Positions 39,472 to 49,071 of a stretch of DNA of 64,000 nt are shown in pieces. The position numbers and the translations under genes are program-made. The stretch's first letter is position 1. Each line of letters starts with the position of its first letter. Below the pieces are notes generated by a model, which was not told the origin of the DNA, made no database searches, and worked only from the letters and a program-made list of their open reading frames with translations. The stretch comes from Smithella sp. (GTDB taxonomy: Bacteria; Desulfobacterota; Syntrophia; Syntrophales; Smithellaceae). Location: the NCBI GenBank assembly GCA_018056685.1, contig JAGPFC010000001.1:132178-196177 (forward strand), given 5' to 3'.

Positions 39472-39518
39472 TTCAATTCTCGTCATCCGGCTTGGAGCGT
39501 GAAGGAAATTTATCGCGA

Positions 39519-39547
39519 TTGAAAAATTATGAATATGCAAATATAGT
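39519..39547 (+). promoter_or_regulatory. sigma-70 promoter of the small Cys-rich gene (TTGAAA-17-TATAGT)
   Basis: TTGAAA aattatgaatatgcaaa TATAGT read directly. Confidence 0.45.
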
Positions 39548-39585
39548 TCATGTTGAAAATGATACACTGATGCATCAGGGCATGA

Positions 39586-39876
39586 ATGAAGATCGTCATA
39601 GGCATAAAATACTGTGGCGGATGCAATCCGCAGATAGACAGAACAAAGCTGGTTCAGGACATAAAAAAAATGTTTCCGCCGGATTGTATTTTTACAACAC
39701 AATGCCTTTCTCCCTGGGATGTCGGTATTTTAATCTGCGGCTGTCCGACCGCCTGCGCTGACAAGCCCGAATTTAAAAATCTCACCCGCAAATGGATTTT
39801 GGTTGCCGGCAACTCCGTTGATCTGGAAAACGTGCCGGAAGAAAAGATTGCAGAATTTGTCGCCGGCAAAATTTAA
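39586..39876 (+). CDS. small Cys-rich CGGC-type putative metal-binding protein
   Basis: 96 aa; YCGGCNP and ICGCPTAC motifs. Confidence 0.45.
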   Translation: MKIVIGIKYCGGCNPQIDRTKLVQDIKKMFPPDCIFTTQCLSPWDVGILICGCPTACADKPEFKNLTRKWILVAGNSVDLENVPEEKIAEFVAGKI

Positions 39877-40835
39877 GCGGAGGTGTGCAGGCGCTTAGGC
39901 CTCTTTCCCTCAGGCAGCAAACAGCCGCCCAGACAGATGTCGGTGCACGCGCCGTCGCAGGGTTCGATGTGAATGGTGATGGTCGATTCCGGAAATTTAT
40001 CCCTGATGTTTTTCTTTAACACCCTCGTGATATGATGCGATTCCTGAACGGACATGTGCGGATCAACATTGATGTGGAATTCCATAAACCGGATATGACC
40101 GGCCTTTCGCGTGCGCAGTTGATGAAAACCATGAATCGCCGTCTCACGCAGAATCATATCGCGAATAAAATTCTCCTCCTCCTTGGGTAAATGAACATCA
40201 ACGAGATCGCGGAGAGAATTCATGGTCAGTTCATAAGCGGCATGTATAATGAGAACAGCCACGCAGATCGCGGCCACGGGATCAATCCAGTGAATATGGG
40301 GATCGGGGAAAAACTTGTGCCCCAGCCAGATGACACTCAGACCAAACATCACACCGACAGACGTATAAACATCCGTGCGCAGATGCCAGGCGTCGGCCTG
40401 CAGGGCGATGGAATCGGCTTCTTTGCCCACCTTAAAAAGTTTTTGCGACACAATAAAATTCATGACAGCGGAAAACAACATGACGCCGACGCCCCATTCG
40501 GCGTTTTCCATGACTTCCGGCGCGTTTATTTTTTTCAACGCCTCAAAAATAATCCAAAACGCCGCGCCAAAAATGAGCAGGGCTTCCACAAAGCCGGAGA
40601 TGTTTTCAATTTTGCCGTGGCCGAAAGGATGACGTTCATCAGCGGGCTCACTGGACGTTTTTACGGAAAACATGGCAATAATCGCCGCCAGCAAATCCAC
40701 ACCGGAATGGATTGCTTCCGAGATAATGGAAACGGAACCGATGGCAAGTCCTACAATCACCTTGAACAAAACCAGAAAAGAATTGGAAGCCACCGACAGC
40801 ATGGCCACTCTTTCTTTACGCTTCTGAATATTCAC
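39873..40835 (-). CDS. cation diffusion facilitator (CDF) metal efflux transporter with Cys-rich C-terminal tail
   Basis: 320 aa; 6 TM, HSGVD and HLRTD metal-site motifs, cytoplasmic domain, tail CDGACTDICLGGC; GTG start. Confidence 0.8.
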   Translation of the reverse strand: MNIQKRKERVAMLSVASNSFLVLFKVIVGLAIGSVSIISEAIHSGVDLLAAIIAMFSVKTSSEPADERHPFGHGKIENISGFVEALLIFGAAFWIIFEALKKINAPEVMENAEWGVGVMLFSAVMNFIVSQKLFKVGKEADSIALQADAWHLRTDVYTSVGVMFGLSVIWLGHKFFPDPHIHWIDPVAAICVAVLIIHAAYELTMNSLRDLVDVHLPKEEENFIRDMILRETAIHGFHQLRTRKAGHIRFMEFHINVDPHMSVQESHHITRVLKKNIRDKFPESTITIHIEPCDGACTDICLGGCLLPEGKRPKRLHTSA

Positions 40836-41002
40836 CGGTTTTCACTCCTGAAATTTCTTTTCATTACCGTATCGATAGAGAAAAAAGTTTTTTTTTCCTA
40901 ACCCGTATTGATTAACTTTGCAAGCAGGTAAATTTGTGGTAGGACACACACCCTGAACTTTTCAGACATTATAATGTTGCGGGATATCCTGCTGGTTTTA
41001 TT

Positions 41003-42094
41003 ATGGATAAGAAATTTATTTTTTCGTATTTTAAAGCATCGGCCGGAGACTGGCAGGACTGGCGCTGGCAATTCAAAAACCGCATTACGAAAATTGAAAA
41101 GCTGGAAAAATTTTTGGGAAAAACCAGCCCGGCGATGGAAAAGTTAAAAACGGTTACGTCCGTTTATCCGATGGCGATCACGCCTTATTATTTATCGCTG
41201 ATGCAGGACGATCGCGAAAGTGATCCCGTTTATGCCCAGTGTGTTCCCGGCCAGCAGGAAGTTGTTTTTACAGACGATATGCGGGAAGATCCTCTGGAAG
41301 AAGATTCCCGCATGCCTGTCCCCAAGCTTATCCATCGCTATTCCGACCGTTGTCTGTCTATCATGACCGAAAACTGTGCCGTTTATTGCCGGCACTGCAA
41401 CCGGAAGCGTTTCTGGAAGCAGCCGGATCAACCTGCATTAAAAGCCCGCGTCCGGACAATGATTCGCTATATTGCCGCCTCGCCGCAGATCAGGGAAGTC
41501 ATTATTTCCGGCGGTGATCCGCTGACGCTGGACGACCACGTACTGGAGCAGTTTCTGGACTCGCTGCAGGCCATACCGCATGTGGAAATCCTGCGCATGG
41601 GCAGCCGCGTTCCGGTGGTTATGCCCATGCGCATAACCAAGAATCTCTGCCGGCTTCTCAAACGTTACCGGCCCCTGTGGTTCAATACGCAATTTAATCA
41701 TCCCGTGGAAATTACCTTGGAAGCCGCGCGCGCCTGCAATAGGCTTCAGGAAGCGGGAATTCCGGTCTCCAATCAGTCGGTTCTGCTCAAGGGCGTGAAC
41801 GATTCGCCGGAGGTTATGAAACATCTGCTTCACAACCTGCAGAAAATATCGGTCCGGCCATACTATTTGTTTCACTGCGATCCGGCCAGGGGCTGTGCGC
41901 ATTTTCGCACCGATCCGCGGGCAGGCGTGGCTATGATGGGAAAATTATGGCAGCAATCTTCCGGACTTTGCCTGCCTCAGTATGTTCTGGATGCCCCCGG
42001 AAGCGCGGGAAAGATACCGCTGAACGTGATGTCTGCATCGATAAAAAATGATTTAAAAAAACATCAAATTTTTTTGACAAGTTGCAATAAATAG
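41003..42094 (+). CDS. epmB: EF-P beta-lysylation protein EpmB (lysine 2,3-aminomutase family radical SAM)
   Basis: CAVYCRHCNRKRF CxxxCxxC, SGGDPL; adjacent to efp and epmA. Confidence 0.85.
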   Translation: MDKKFIFSYFKASAGDWQDWRWQFKNRITKIEKLEKFLGKTSPAMEKLKTVTSVYPMAITPYYLSLMQDDRESDPVYAQCVPGQQEVVFTDDMREDPLEEDSRMPVPKLIHRYSDRCLSIMTENCAVYCRHCNRKRFWKQPDQPALKARVRTMIRYIAASPQIREVIISGGDPLTLDDHVLEQFLDSLQAIPHVEILRMGSRVPVVMPMRITKNLCRLLKRYRPLWFNTQFNHPVEITLEAARACNRLQEAGIPVSNQSVLLKGVNDSPEVMKHLLHNLQKISVRPYYLFHCDPARGCAHFRTDPRAGVAMMGKLWQQSSGLCLPQYVLDAPGSAGKIPLNVMSASIKNDLKKHQIFLTSCNK

Positions 42095-42154
42095 ATTAGA
42101 GAAGCGCCAGAGCAAAACACGATTTTTGTTACACCAACCAAGGAGAAAATTTTT

Positions 42155-42718
42155 ATGTACACTGCCAGTGATTTAAGAAAAGGACTGCGGCTGAAGATCG
42201 ATAACGAACCGTATGTCATCACAGAATTTAATTTTGTCAAACCGGGCAAGGGCCAGGCCCTGTACCGTTGCAAATTAAGAAACATGATCACCGGCAGCCA
42301 GTTTGAGCGTACCTTCCGCTCTGTTGACACCTTTGAACAGGCTGATTTACGTGAAAAAACAATGCAGTATCTCTACAAGGAAGGCGATAAATACTGCTTC
42401 ATGGACAACGAAAACTACGAACAGGTTTATTTGACGGAAGATCAGGTCGGCGACGCCGTGAATTTTATGACGGACAACATTGAAGTCGAAATTCTGCTTT
42501 TTGAAGACAAGCCCATCGGCATCAGTCTGCCCAATTTTGTCGAACTGATTGTGACGGAAGCCGAACCGTGGGCCAAGGGTGATACCGCTTCCGGCTCCAG
42601 CAAACCCGTCAAGGTACAAACCGGGTATACTATTCAGGTGCCGACGTTCATCTCCGAAGGAGAGAAAATCCGAATTGATACCCGGACAGGAGAGTACCTG
42701 ACCAGAGTCAAGGGATAA
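42155..42718 (+). CDS. efp: elongation factor P
   Basis: 187 aa; KPGKGQA loop carrying the modifiable Lys. Confidence 0.95.
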   Translation: MYTASDLRKGLRLKIDNEPYVITEFNFVKPGKGQALYRCKLRNMITGSQFERTFRSVDTFEQADLREKTMQYLYKEGDKYCFMDNENYEQVYLTEDQVGDAVNFMTDNIEVEILLFEDKPIGISLPNFVELIVTEAEPWAKGDTASGSSKPVKVQTGYTIQVPTFISEGEKIRIDTRTGEYLTRVKG

Positions 42719-42721
42719 TCA

Positions 42722-43657
42722 TTGCCGGAATCCTTTTCTGATAACAACTTCTTCCTGGCGCGTAAGTTTCAAAATCTCGAGACACGCGCCAGTTTCATTC
42801 AAAACATCCGTCTTTTTTTCATTCAAAACGGTTTTTTGGAAGTGGAAACACCTGTGCGTATTCCCGCGCCCGCGCCCGAAGAACACATTGAAGCCATCCG
42901 GACCGACGGCTGGTTTTTGCAGACATCGCCGGAATTATGCATGAAACGTTTGCTTGCGGCCGGGTATCCGCGCATTTTTCAAATCAGCAAATGCTTTCGT
43001 GCCGATGAAAGAGGGGATAAACACCTGCCCGAATTCACCATGCTGGAGTGGTATGTCACCGGCTTTGATTATCAGCAGTTGATGAATCAGTGCGAAGCGA
43101 TGATTCTGTCCATAGCCACAGCTTCGGGCGTGGAAGCTGTTAACCGTCAAAACAAAAAAATAAGTCTGTTGCCGCCTTGGGAAAGAATAACTGTAGGAGA
43201 GTCCTTTTTGCGATACGCGCCGGTTACGTCGGATGAAGCGATGGCAAAAGGGATCTTTGATGAAATTTTAGTGGATAATGTCGAGCCGCAACTGGGCATC
43301 ATCCGCCCGACATTTCTTTATGATTATCCGGCGAAACTGGCGGCACTAGCCAAATTAAAAGACAGCAATCCTGCCGTCAGTGAACGGTTTGAGCTTTATA
43401 TCGACGGTCTGGAAATCGCCAACGGCTTTTCGGAACTGATCAACCCGCGGGAACAGCGTGAGCGTTTTGAAGAGGCGCTGAAAGCGCGGGCCGCAAAAAA
43501 CTGGGCTCGCTATGCCATGCCGGAAAAATTTCTGCAATCGCTGACAAATCTGCCGCCCTGTGCCGGTATTGCTCTGGGTATCGACCGCCTGATCATGGTG
43601 CTCACCGGAGCAAAAACCATTGACGACGTCGTTGCCTTCACACCGGAAAATCTTTAA
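42722..43657 (+). CDS. epmA: EF-P-lysine lysyltransferase EpmA (truncated LysRS paralogue, GenX/PoxA)
   Basis: 311 aa; class II aaRS motifs (FLEVETP, FRADE, GIALGIDRL); TTG start 3 nt after the efp stop. Confidence 0.85.
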   Translation: MPESFSDNNFFLARKFQNLETRASFIQNIRLFFIQNGFLEVETPVRIPAPAPEEHIEAIRTDGWFLQTSPELCMKRLLAAGYPRIFQISKCFRADERGDKHLPEFTMLEWYVTGFDYQQLMNQCEAMILSIATASGVEAVNRQNKKISLLPPWERITVGESFLRYAPVTSDEAMAKGIFDEILVDNVEPQLGIIRPTFLYDYPAKLAALAKLKDSNPAVSERFELYIDGLEIANGFSELINPREQRERFEEALKARAAKNWARYAMPEKFLQSLTNLPPCAGIALGIDRLIMVLTGAKTIDDVVAFTPENL

Positions 43658-43712
43658 TCACCGTTCCGATCAGGCACAGCGCATTTAAAAATACAATAGC
43701 CGGATTTCATCA

Positions 43713-43741
43713 TTGACATCTGTTTTCGTTCTTCCTATACT
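43713..43741 (+). promoter_or_regulatory. sigma-70 promoter of the DUF853 gene (TTGACA-17-TATACT)
   Basis: TTGACA tctgttttcgttcttcc TATACT read directly. Confidence 0.55.
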
Positions 43742-43783
43742 TCTAATCATCTTAAATAAAAATTATCTTATAAGGAGCAGAAT

Positions 43784-45328
43784 ATGATCACACCGCTGGT
43801 TATCGCTATGTCGCAGGGGAAGGAAATTGTTTTACTGCCGCAAATGGCCAACCGTCATGGTTTGATTACCGGAGCAACAGGAACCGGCAAAACCGTGACA
43901 TTGCAGAAAATGGCTGAATCCTTCGCGTCCATCGGTGTTCCTGTTTTTATGGCCGATGTCAAGGGAGACCTCTCCGGCATCGGTGCGGCGGGTGTTTCCT
44001 CCGAAAAACTGCTCAAACGACTGGAAGGCATCGGCGTGAAAGATTTTCAGCCGCGGGCCAACACGACAGTTTTCTGGGATGTCTACGGAAAGTCCGGTCA
44101 TCCGGTACGCGCAACCATCTCCGACATGGGGCCGCTGCTACTGGCGCGTCTGCTGAATCTCAACGATACACAATCCGGTGTTTTGCAGATTGTCTTTAAA
44201 ATCGCCGACGACAATGGACTTTTATTAATCGACTTGAAGGACCTGCGGGCCATGGTTCAATTCGTAGGGGACAATGCCAAAAAATTCAAGACGGAATACG
44301 GCAATGTCTCCGCCGCTTCGATTGGCGCGATTCAGCGCGGACTGCTGACCATCGAAGAACAGGGTGGCGATAAATTTTTTGGCGAACCGATGCTGGACAT
44401 TTCGGATCTGATCCAGGCCGACAGCCAGGGACGCGGCGTGATGAACATTCTCGCCGCTGATCAGCTCTATAATAATCCCAAACTTTATTCTACCTTCCTG
44501 CTTTGGATGCTCGCGGAACTGTTTGAGCAATTACCGGAAGTGGGTGACATGGAAAAGCCCAAACTGGTGTTCTTTTTCGATGAGGCTCATCTGCTTTTCA
44601 ATGATGCCCCGAAGGCGCTTCTGGAAAAAATCGAACAGGTGGTGCGCCTGATCCGTTCCAAAGGCGTGGGCGTTTACTTCGTCACGCAAAATCCGCTCGA
44701 TATTCCGGATACGGTCCTTGCTCAGTTGGGCAACCGCGTCCAGCACGCTCTGAGAGCCTTCACACCGCGTGATCAGAAAGCTGTTCAGACAGCGGCTTCC
44801 ACGATGCGCCAGAATCCGGCTTTTGATGCCGAACAGGCCATTACCGAGCTGGGAGTCGGAGAGGCATTGATTTCTTTTCTGGATGAAAAAGGACGTCCGA
44901 ATATTGTCGAGCGATCCAATGTGATTGTTCCTTTCTCGCGCATGGGCGCCATGACGCCCGATGAGCGCCTGACCGCCATCAAGGCTTCCACCATCTACGG
45001 GCATTATGAAAAAACCGTCGATCGCGAATCCGCCTTTGAGAAATTGCGTGATGCACAACAGCAGGAAGAAACGCCTGAAGAAAAACCGGCTCTTAAAGTG
45101 AATCGGTCCGCGGTTCCGCCGAATGATGAAGAGGATAAGGACAGCGGAGGAATGGGGGGCACGCTCAGCAAAATTATTTTTGGGAGCAAAGGTCCCCGCG
45201 GTGGCCAGAAAGATGGCATGGTGCAGGCCGCGGCCAAAAGCGTAGCCCGCAGTATCGGCTCTTCATTGGGACGCCAGATTATCCGCGGTGTACTGGGATC
45301 CATTCTCGGCGGCTCTCGTCGCGGATAA
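43784..45328 (+). CDS. DUF853/YjgR-like P-loop ATPase (HerA/FtsK superfamily)
   Basis: 514 aa; [15 protein letters not shown] Walker A, FFFDEAH Walker B, Gly/Arg-rich tail. Confidence 0.75.
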   Translation: MITPLVIAMSQGKEIVLLPQMANRHGLITGATGTGKTVTLQKMAESFASIGVPVFMADVKGDLSGIGAAGVSSEKLLKRLEGIGVKDFQPRANTTVFWDVYGKSGHPVRATISDMGPLLLARLLNLNDTQSGVLQIVFKIADDNGLLLIDLKDLRAMVQFVGDNAKKFKTEYGNVSAASIGAIQRGLLTIEEQGGDKFFGEPMLDISDLIQADSQGRGVMNILAADQLYNNPKLYSTFLLWMLAELFEQLPEVGDMEKPKLVFFFDEAHLLFNDAPKALLEKIEQVVRLIRSKGVGVYFVTQNPLDIPDTVLAQLGNRVQHALRAFTPRDQKAVQTAASTMRQNPAFDAEQAITELGVGEALISFLDEKGRPNIVERSNVIVPFSRMGAMTPDERLTAIKASTIYGHYEKTVDRESAFEKLRDAQQQEETPEEKPALKVNRSAVPPNDEEDKDSGGMGGTLSKIIFGSKGPRGGQKDGMVQAAAKSVARSIGSSLGRQIIRGVLGSILGGSRRG

Positions 45329-45390
45329 CGCATTCGTTCCTCGTCGAATTTTGAAAAGAGCGGCATAGCACTGACAAAAGGTAATCGGTT

Positions 45391-47490
45391 ATGAATGTTA
45401 TTTATTTAAGAACATTTTTTGTCAGTTACGTCTTATTCATCGCGCTATGCTCCATCGTCATAGCTTTCCTTTGGTGGCAAAACCGCAAACACCATCCGGA
45501 AATCGCGCTCTGGCTCACCAATTATATTTTTCAGTTTATGGCGCTGTTGCTGGTTACTTTTCGCGGAGTAATTCCTGATTTCTTTTCCATCATCGTGGCG
45601 AATTTCTTCATCATTGGAGGAACCATTATTCTCTACGTTGGCCTTTGCCGCTACGTTGGGAAGAAGACCAGTCAGTGGCACAATTTCGCGATGCTGGCTG
45701 TTTTTATACTTCTGCATGTATTCTTTACCTATGGTTATTCCAGTGCGGCCTGGCGCACGATTAATCAGTCTGCTGCTTTGATTTTTATTTGCTTCCAGGC
45801 TTCATGGTTGATGTTACGCGGGACAGAATCTTCCCTGCGGTCGGCAACGAGGCTGGCAGGCATTGTTTTCGCCTTACTTTGTCTTATCGGTGTGATTCAA
45901 ATGATCGTTAACCTCTCCATTCATGAGTCACACTATATCATTGTATCCGGTTCTTTTGGCATCGTGGCTACGATGATGTACCAGATATCATCTGTCGCCC
46001 TGACCTTTGCCCTCTTCATTATGGTTACCCGCCGGCTATCCATGGACCTGGAGAAAGAAATGCTTCAGCGCGAGCAGGACGAGAAAATTATACGGATCAG
46101 GTTGTCTTTTCTTGAATTTGCCTCAACGCATTCTCTGGAGGAGGTCCTTCAAAAAATCCTGGATGACGTAGGGGAACTGGTGGAAAGTCCCGTCGGTTTC
46201 TATCATTTTGTCGATGAAGATCAGAAAACGCTTACATTGCAGACATGGTCAACGCGCACACTTCAAGAGTTCTGCAAGGCCGAGGGCAAAGGCATGCATT
46301 ACGCCATAGATCAGGCCGGTGTCTGGGTGGATTGCGTTTACCAGAAGCGGGCTGTTATTCATAATGATTATTATTCCCTGTCTCATCGCAAAGGATTGCC
46401 CGACGGTCATGCTCCCGTTATCCGGGAACTGGTTGTGCCGATTCTGAGGGGTGGTAAAGTTGTGGCTATTCTTGGCGTCGGAAATAAGCCCGTTGACTAT
46501 ACGGGGAAGGACGCGGTGATCGTTTCTTATCTTGCAGATGTGGCCTGGGAAATTATCAATCGGAAAAAGGCGGAAGACGCGGCCGGCAAATATTCCAGTG
46601 ACCTGAAGGAGCGCTTAAAGGAACTTAACTGCCTTTACTCGATTTCTGAAATCGTCCAGAGAAGTGACCTGTCCCTGGAAGAAATATTTAAGGAGTGCCC
46701 GTCTATTATTTCCAAAGCATATCAATTCCCGGAAATTACGGCCTGTCGCATTGTTTTGGGTGATCGTGTTTACAGCACGGCAAACTTCAGAGAAACGCCT
46801 TGGACCCAAAACCGTAAGATCATCATTCGTAAGGGCGAGCAGATCGGAACCATAGAAGTTTATTACCTCGAAGAACGATCCAAAGAATATGAAGGACCAT
46901 TCATCGCTGAGGAATGCAACCTGCTGGAGACTGTTGCAGACATTCTGGGGCGATCTATCGAAAGTAAGCAGGCGGAAGAACAGATAAGGCATTTGGCTAC
47001 ACACGACTTGTTAACCGATTTGCCCAGTATGAGATTGGCCATGGACAGGCTGACATCGGCCCTGAACATGGCTCACCGTTATAAAAAGTCGGCCGCCGTC
47101 ATGTTTATTGACCTTGATGGTTTCAAAACCGTCAATGACACGCTTGGCCATGACGCCGGAGATTACGTGCTCAAGCAAGTGGCTCAGCGTATGCTTGCCT
47201 GTGTGCGCGAAACGGATACCGTTGCCCGGGTCGGAGGCGATGAATTTTTAATCATTGCGACGGAAATCAATTCTCCCGATAATGCCGCGCAGATTGCTGA
47301 AAAAGTGATACAAACCGTCTCTCAACCGATTGTCATAAACGGTCAGCAAGCCACCGTCGGTACAAGCATCGGCATCGCGATTTTCCCCGATCATAGTGAC
47401 GATATGGATAGGCTCATTAAACTGGCGGATGAAGCCATGTATAAAGTGAAAAACGCCGGCAAGAACAGTTATCGTTTTGTTGATACTTAG
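45391..47490 (+). CDS. membrane GAF-domain diguanylate cyclase
   Basis: 699 aa; about 7 N-terminal TMs, GAF-like region, I-site RETD and RVGGDEF. Confidence 0.85.
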   Translation: MNVIYLRTFFVSYVLFIALCSIVIAFLWWQNRKHHPEIALWLTNYIFQFMALLLVTFRGVIPDFFSIIVANFFIIGGTIILYVGLCRYVGKKTSQWHNFAMLAVFILLHVFFTYGYSSAAWRTINQSAALIFICFQASWLMLRGTESSLRSATRLAGIVFALLCLIGVIQMIVNLSIHESHYIIVSGSFGIVATMMYQISSVALTFALFIMVTRRLSMDLEKEMLQREQDEKIIRIRLSFLEFASTHSLEEVLQKILDDVGELVESPVGFYHFVDEDQKTLTLQTWSTRTLQEFCKAEGKGMHYAIDQAGVWVDCVYQKRAVIHNDYYSLSHRKGLPDGHAPVIRELVVPILRGGKVVAILGVGNKPVDYTGKDAVIVSYLADVAWEIINRKKAEDAAGKYSSDLKERLKELNCLYSISEIVQRSDLSLEEIFKECPSIISKAYQFPEITACRIVLGDRVYSTANFRETPWTQNRKIIIRKGEQIGTIEVYYLEERSKEYEGPFIAEECNLLETVADILGRSIESKQAEEQIRHLATHDLLTDLPSMRLAMDRLTSALNMAHRYKKSAAVMFIDLDGFKTVNDTLGHDAGDYVLKQVAQRMLACVRETDTVARVGGDEFLIIATEINSPDNAAQIAEKVIQTVSQPIVINGQQATVGTSIGIAIFPDHSDDMDRLIKLADEAMYKVKNAGKNSYRFVDT

Positions 47491-47507
47491 ATAAAAGGAA
47501 AATTATC

Positions 47508-47972
47508 GTGCCGATTGAAATCGAACGAAAGTTTCTTGTCTCGGGAAGAAACTGGCGTCAAAGCAATGGCGTCCATTACCTTCAGGGTTATCTCAATCTT
47601 GACAAAGAAAGAACGGTCAGAGTCAGACGGACTGAAAAACAGGCGTTTCTTTGTGTCAAAGGTATTTCCATCGGCGCGTCGCGCACTGAATTTGAATATG
47701 AAATTCCTTCGGACGACGCTGAACAGTTGCTGAAATTATGCACAGGTTCCATTATTCAAAAGATCAGACATACGGTGATTTACAAAGGTTTAAAGTGGGA
47801 GATTGATGAATTCCTTGGCGACAACGAGGGCCTTGTTGTTGCCGAAGTGGAGCTTGAATCGGAAAACCAGGTTTTTGAAAAACCGGAATGGGTGGGCACG
47901 GACGTTACGCACGACCCGCGCTATTTTAATGCAAACCTTGCAGTCAATCCTTACAAAAACTGGCATGGTTAA
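47508..47972 (+). CDS. CYTH-domain protein (CyaB-like class IV cyclase / triphosphate tunnel metalloenzyme)
   Basis: 154 aa; IEIERKFLV (ExExK) start, GTG start with SD aaaggaa, 17 nt after the cyclase stop. Confidence 0.8.
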   Translation: MPIEIERKFLVSGRNWRQSNGVHYLQGYLNLDKERTVRVRRTEKQAFLCVKGISIGASRTEFEYEIPSDDAEQLLKLCTGSIIQKIRHTVIYKGLKWEIDEFLGDNEGLVVAEVELESENQVFEKPEWVGTDVTHDPRYFNANLAVNPYKNWHG

Positions 47973-47999
47973 AAATTTGATATAAGGTTGTAAAATATT

Positions 48000-48950
48000 A
48001 TGGAAACACGCAGAAATTTTATTAAAAAAAGTGCAGTTATCAGCGCCGCTTTGTGTCTGCCGGTTTCTCTGAACCGGGAAGGCATCGCGGCTTATTCTGA
48101 TTTGAAAACACGCTCACCGAAAAAAGTTTTGATTTTGTGGTACAGCCAGACCGGTCATACGCAACGATATGCCAAGCTTATCGGCTGTATCCTGAAAGAA
48201 AAAAATTTGACCGTGGATGTTCGTGAATTTCAGGATACCGATAAAAAAATACTTCCGGATTATGATTTAATTATCGTCGGCACACCGGTATTCTATTATG
48301 ATACACCACCCAATGTCGTTCAATGGCTGGAAGCCATTCCGTCCATCAAAGGCACGCCGGTTGGCGCCTTTGTTTCTTTCGGCGGGCCGGAAGGTAACCA
48401 GCATAACGCATCATGTCACATGCTTAAAATCTTGGCGCGGAAAGGTGGCGTTCCTGTAGGGAGAGACGCTTTTCGGAATGTCCCGTCCTATCCCACACCC
48501 AAATGGGATACCGCCAATCAGAAATCCGGACAGCATCTGCCCAACGCGGCAACATTTGATCAGGTACGTCGTTTTACGAAAGATACACTGGAAAGAATTT
48601 CCCGGGGCGAACCGATTTCCGTCAGCTATGAATTCGCTGTGAGAGAACCCTTGCGATTCATTCCTTTGATCTGGCTGAACAAAAGGGTGATTAACAAACA
48701 CACGGTTGATGCCGAAGCATGTATCGGTTGTGGAATCTGCGAGCGAAAATGCCCGACAAAAGCGATCAATCCGTATAATCAAATCATTGACCGGGATAAG
48801 TGCCTGGCCTGCTTCGGTTGTCTGAACAATTGCCCGGCTGACGCCGTGGTGATGGAATACGGCGGCAGGCGTTTATACGGTTTCTTTGAATATTTAAAAC
48901 GAAACAACATTTCCATTATGGAGCCGGAAGAATTTAAAACGTGCACATAA
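48000..48950 (+). CDS. Tat-signal flavodoxin-like / 2x[4Fe-4S] ferredoxin fusion protein
   Basis: 316 aa; twin-arginine TRRNFIKK plus hydrophobic stretch, flavodoxin-like ILWYSQTGHT, CIGCGICERKCP and CLACFGCLNNCP. Confidence 0.7.
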   Translation: METRRNFIKKSAVISAALCLPVSLNREGIAAYSDLKTRSPKKVLILWYSQTGHTQRYAKLIGCILKEKNLTVDVREFQDTDKKILPDYDLIIVGTPVFYYDTPPNVVQWLEAIPSIKGTPVGAFVSFGGPEGNQHNASCHMLKILARKGGVPVGRDAFRNVPSYPTPKWDTANQKSGQHLPNAATFDQVRRFTKDTLERISRGEPISVSYEFAVREPLRFIPLIWLNKRVINKHTVDAEACIGCGICERKCPTKAINPYNQIIDRDKCLACFGCLNNCPADAVVMEYGGRRLYGFFEYLKRNNISIMEPEEFKTCT

Positions 48951-49071
48951 TGTGACCTTGGATTGAGGATAATTGATCGAATCAAGGAGCACTTTCAACA
49001 TCAGCAAAACCGACGGGCTGTAAATGGATAAAAATCCGGAGTGGATATAACGTATTTTATCGAGTCACATC

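Noticed and set aside
40191-40901. 236-aa plus-strand ORF. Similar long antisense ORFs occur at 37931-38662, 36148-36735, 15979-16617 and 61044-61664
   Set aside because: All are mirror frames of confidently identified genes (CDF transporter, sigma-54 regulator, hydrolase B, dnaK, thiolase). They have skewed composition and no start signals.
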